Positions 61,735-64,000 of a stretch of 64,000 nt of DNA are shown here, piece by piece. The first letter of the stretch is position 1. Each line of letters begins with the position of its first letter. The stretch is from Candidatus Eremiobacteria bacterium. Lineage in GTDB: Bacteria; Vulcanimicrobiota; Vulcanimicrobiia; Vulcanimicrobiales; Vulcanimicrobiaceae. The stretch spans positions 192,001 through 256,000 of the forward strand of contig CAVWUU010000001.1 of assembly GCA_963758295.1 (NCBI GenBank). The letters run 5' to 3'. The notes under the pieces were generated by a model. That model made no database searches and was not told the origin of the DNA. It saw nothing but the letters and a program-made list of their open reading frames with translations. Position numbers and translations under genes: made by a program.

Positions 61735-62160
61735 ATGCGTCACGCTAGTTTGGCCGCCGCGTTGCCTTGCCCGATCGCCCGCACTCTTGAGATTGTCGGG
61801 GAATGGTGGTCGCTGCTTCTTATTCGCGACGCTTTGCTCGGCGCTCGGCGGTTCGACGAATTCAAGCGTTCCGGGATTTCCGATAACATCTTATCGACGC
61901 GTTTGAAAACGCTCACCGAAGCCCACGTGTTCAAGCGGGTACGTTATCAAACGTCTCCCGATCGTTACGAATACGTCCTCACCGAAAAAGGCGAATCGCT
62001 CGCTCCGGTCGTGCTCGCTTTACGCTCGTGGGGCCGCCGCTGGACAAAAGGCGCCGATGCAAGCGCGATCCGGCACGAAGGCTGCGGCGGCAACATCACC
62101 GTCGCCGTCCAATGCGAAAAATGCGGAGAGGACCCCCACTCCGTCACGACGTCTTCGTAG
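61735..62160 (+). CDS. HxlR family winged-helix regulator
   Basis: CPIARTLEIVGEWWSLL, RRFDEF and YVLTEKG motifs; start set at 61735. Confidence 0.9.
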   Translation: MRHASLAAALPCPIARTLEIVGEWWSLLLIRDALLGARRFDEFKRSGISDNILSTRLKTLTEAHVFKRVRYQTSPDRYEYVLTEKGESLAPVVLALRSWGRRWTKGADASAIRHEGCGGNITVAVQCEKCGEDPHSVTTSS

Positions 62161-62252
62161 GCCGGTGCAGCGCTAGCTTCCCCCGCTACGATGATGCGGG
62201 AATTTACAGCGAGATCGAGGGCGAACAAGGTTCGCCCGATCACGCGTTACCG

Positions 62253-63017
62253 CTACCGGTTGAACATGTCTTTGAGCACTGCGCCGGCGATGCCGCCTGC
62301 AATCCCGGCTTGGGATGTTTGTTGCGCGACGTCGCGGCCGAGATACGGCATCAACGAATGCGCGAGGTTCGGCATCGTCAGTGTTTGCAGCCACACTTTG
62401 CCCGGACCCGTCATTCGCGCAATGAACAGGCCGTCGCCGCCGAAGATCGCGTTTGTGATTCCACGCATGAACGTGATATCGAAGTTAACGCTCTCTTCGA
62501 ACATGCCGATGTGTCCGGGATGAACCTGAATCGATTCGCCCGGCTGCAAATCATAAGTCACGATTTCGCCGCCAAGCTCGACCCAAGCGCTGCACGATCC
62601 GGCCAGCCGTTGCAACACGAACCCGTTCCCGCCGAAAATTCCGGCGCCGAGCGAACGTTGAAAGCCCATCGAGAGTTCGACGCCGTGGGTCGCGCAAAGA
62701 AACCCATGGCGATGAACCATGTATGCTCGTCCCGGCGTCACGTCGACTTGCATGATTTGGCCTGGAACTTTGGCCGCGAACGCGACGAGACCGTTGCCCG
62801 ACTGCGCGCGATATTCGGTCATGAATAGGCCGCCGCCGGAGAGCGCGCGACCGATCGCGCCCAAAAAGCCCTTTGCGCCTGCCGTCATCGCCGTCGTATT
62901 CAGCGAGACGTTGTCGGTCATCCAAGAAAACTCGCCCGGCTCGGCCACGATCGTGTCACCGGGTTCCAATCCGATCTCAAGCACCGGCATCGTGCTGCCG
63001 GTAATCTTCGATTTCAT
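62253..63017 (-). CDS. AIM24 / TIGR00266 family protein
   Basis: AEPG, G..LF, FGG.GF.LQ, FGGDGLF and GPG.VWLQT motifs. Confidence 0.88.
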   Translation of the reverse strand: MKSKITGSTMPVLEIGLEPGDTIVAEPGEFSWMTDNVSLNTTAMTAGAKGFLGAIGRALSGGGLFMTEYRAQSGNGLVAFAAKVPGQIMQVDVTPGRAYMVHRHGFLCATHGVELSMGFQRSLGAGIFGGNGFVLQRLAGSCSAWVELGGEIVTYDLQPGESIQVHPGHIGMFEESVNFDITFMRGITNAIFGGDGLFIARMTGPGKVWLQTLTMPNLAHSLMPYLGRDVAQQTSQAGIAGGIAGAVLKDMFNR

Positions 63018-63026
63018 GTGCGCCTC

Positions 63027-64000
63027 CTAAGCTTCAGGTGATACCTCCGGAATAGGTGCCGGGTTTCGCACGTACTTTTCATCCTTTGGCGCGGCGGCGA
63101 GCCCCATCAACAGGCCGACCATCGAGAGAATCAGCGGCTCAACGGGACCGAACGGTCCGCCGTAGCGGCTGAGGAGCCCGGTTGAGATAGGCGGAGCAAG
63201 GATGCCCGACATGGAGTCGAGCGACGAGCTTACGCCTAGCACGGTGCCCTGCTCGCGATTCGTTGCCGTGTTGGAGATCAATGCCGTAATGCCATTTTGT
63301 GCAAACGCGCCGCCGATAGCAAACAGCACCATCGACGCTGCCACCGTAACCACGTGATGCGCGAAAGGCAGCGTTGCAAACGACGCAACCAAGAACAGCA
63401 AACCGAGGCTCGACATCGCACGATCGCCCACCTTGTTGGAGACTTTGCCGACGCCGAAGCCGTTAATCACTACGTTCACAAGGGCGAATCCCGAGAAGTA
63501 CTCGGTGGTCTGTACGACGCCGAAGTGCAACTGGTATTGCAGGTAAAGCGCGATGACCGCGTACCAGCCGTAGAGCGCCAAGGACAGCGCCAATTTCTGC
63601 CACAGAATGCGCGAGAGCCGCGGGTTGCGAAGCGTGCCTAAGACTTCACGCGCACCAACGCGCGATTCGGCTTCATCGGATTTCGTGCGTGATTCCGGTA
63701 ATAACAGCACGGTGAGAATCAGCGTTAATAACTGCAGTGCCGACGCCGCTAAAAACGGTGCTTTGAATCCATAGCGCGCAAAGAGCGCGCCGCCGCCGAC
63801 GGGACCAAACACCATGCCGGCTGCGAACGTCGCACCGATCAAGCCGAACGCGCGCGCGCGCTGCTTGGGCTCGACAACGTCGGCGACATACGCTTGGGTG
63901 ATGCTGATATTGCCGCCCGACGTGCCTTCGACGATGCGCGCGACAAACACCCAAAAGATATTGCCGGCGAATGCGAGCATCGCCCAACCGATCGTTGCGC
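63027..64000 (-). CDS. MFS transporter, TetA-like (5' truncated by window edge)
   Basis: ARIVEG.SGGNISITQAYVAD..RARAFG motif and G.VFGP.GG. Confidence 0.85.
   Translation of the reverse strand, partial: ATIGWAMLAFAGNIFWVFVARIVEGTSGGNISITQAYVADVVEPKQRARAFGLIGATFAAGMVFGPVGGGALFARYGFKAPFLAASALQLLTLILTVLLLPESRTKSDEAESRVGAREVLGTLRNPRLSRILWQKLALSLALYGWYAVIALYLQYQLHFGVVQTTEYFSGFALVNVVINGFGVGKVSNKVGDRAMSSLGLLFLVASFATLPFAHHVVTVAASMVLFAIGGAFAQNGITALISNTATNREQGTVLGVSSSLDSMSGILAPPISTGLLSRYGGPFGPVEPLILSMVGLLMGLAAAPKDEKYVRNPAPIPEVSPEA

Overview
GC-rich (about 60% by eye) bacterial chromosome segment made up mostly of core genes. The gene order resembles Firmicutes (rpiB-glyA-upp-wecB-atp operon-murA-mreB; rarA-iscS; ytxG/ytxH-rsbV-rsbW-sigB), yet the window also has LPS/ADP-heptose and LptA-like genes. 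That combination suggests a diderm Terrabacteria member, plausibly Ca. Eremiobacterota/Vulcanimicrobiota (inference only). Contents: SemiSWEET, hisS-accB, a heptose/LPS-core glycosyltransferase cluster, non-discriminating aspS, a LysR/MFS pair, an epimerase-DUF1611-peptide binding protein-C39 peptidase operon, photolyase, a HExxH metalloprotease, a 6S RNA, the full F1Fo operon, alaS, membrane glycosyltransferases, a stand-alone PP2C phosphatase and a split LigD/Ku NHEJ locus. I found no CRISPR array, prophage, transposase, tRNA or rRNA. Best leads: a predicted SigB circuit linking the sigB operon, the PP2C phosphatase and NHEJ; a candidate antisense small RNA or peptide between rarA and iscS; a possible D-Glu peptide salvage operon; a tandem pair of small exported DxCGR proteins; and three single-base frameshifts that are probably sequencing errors.
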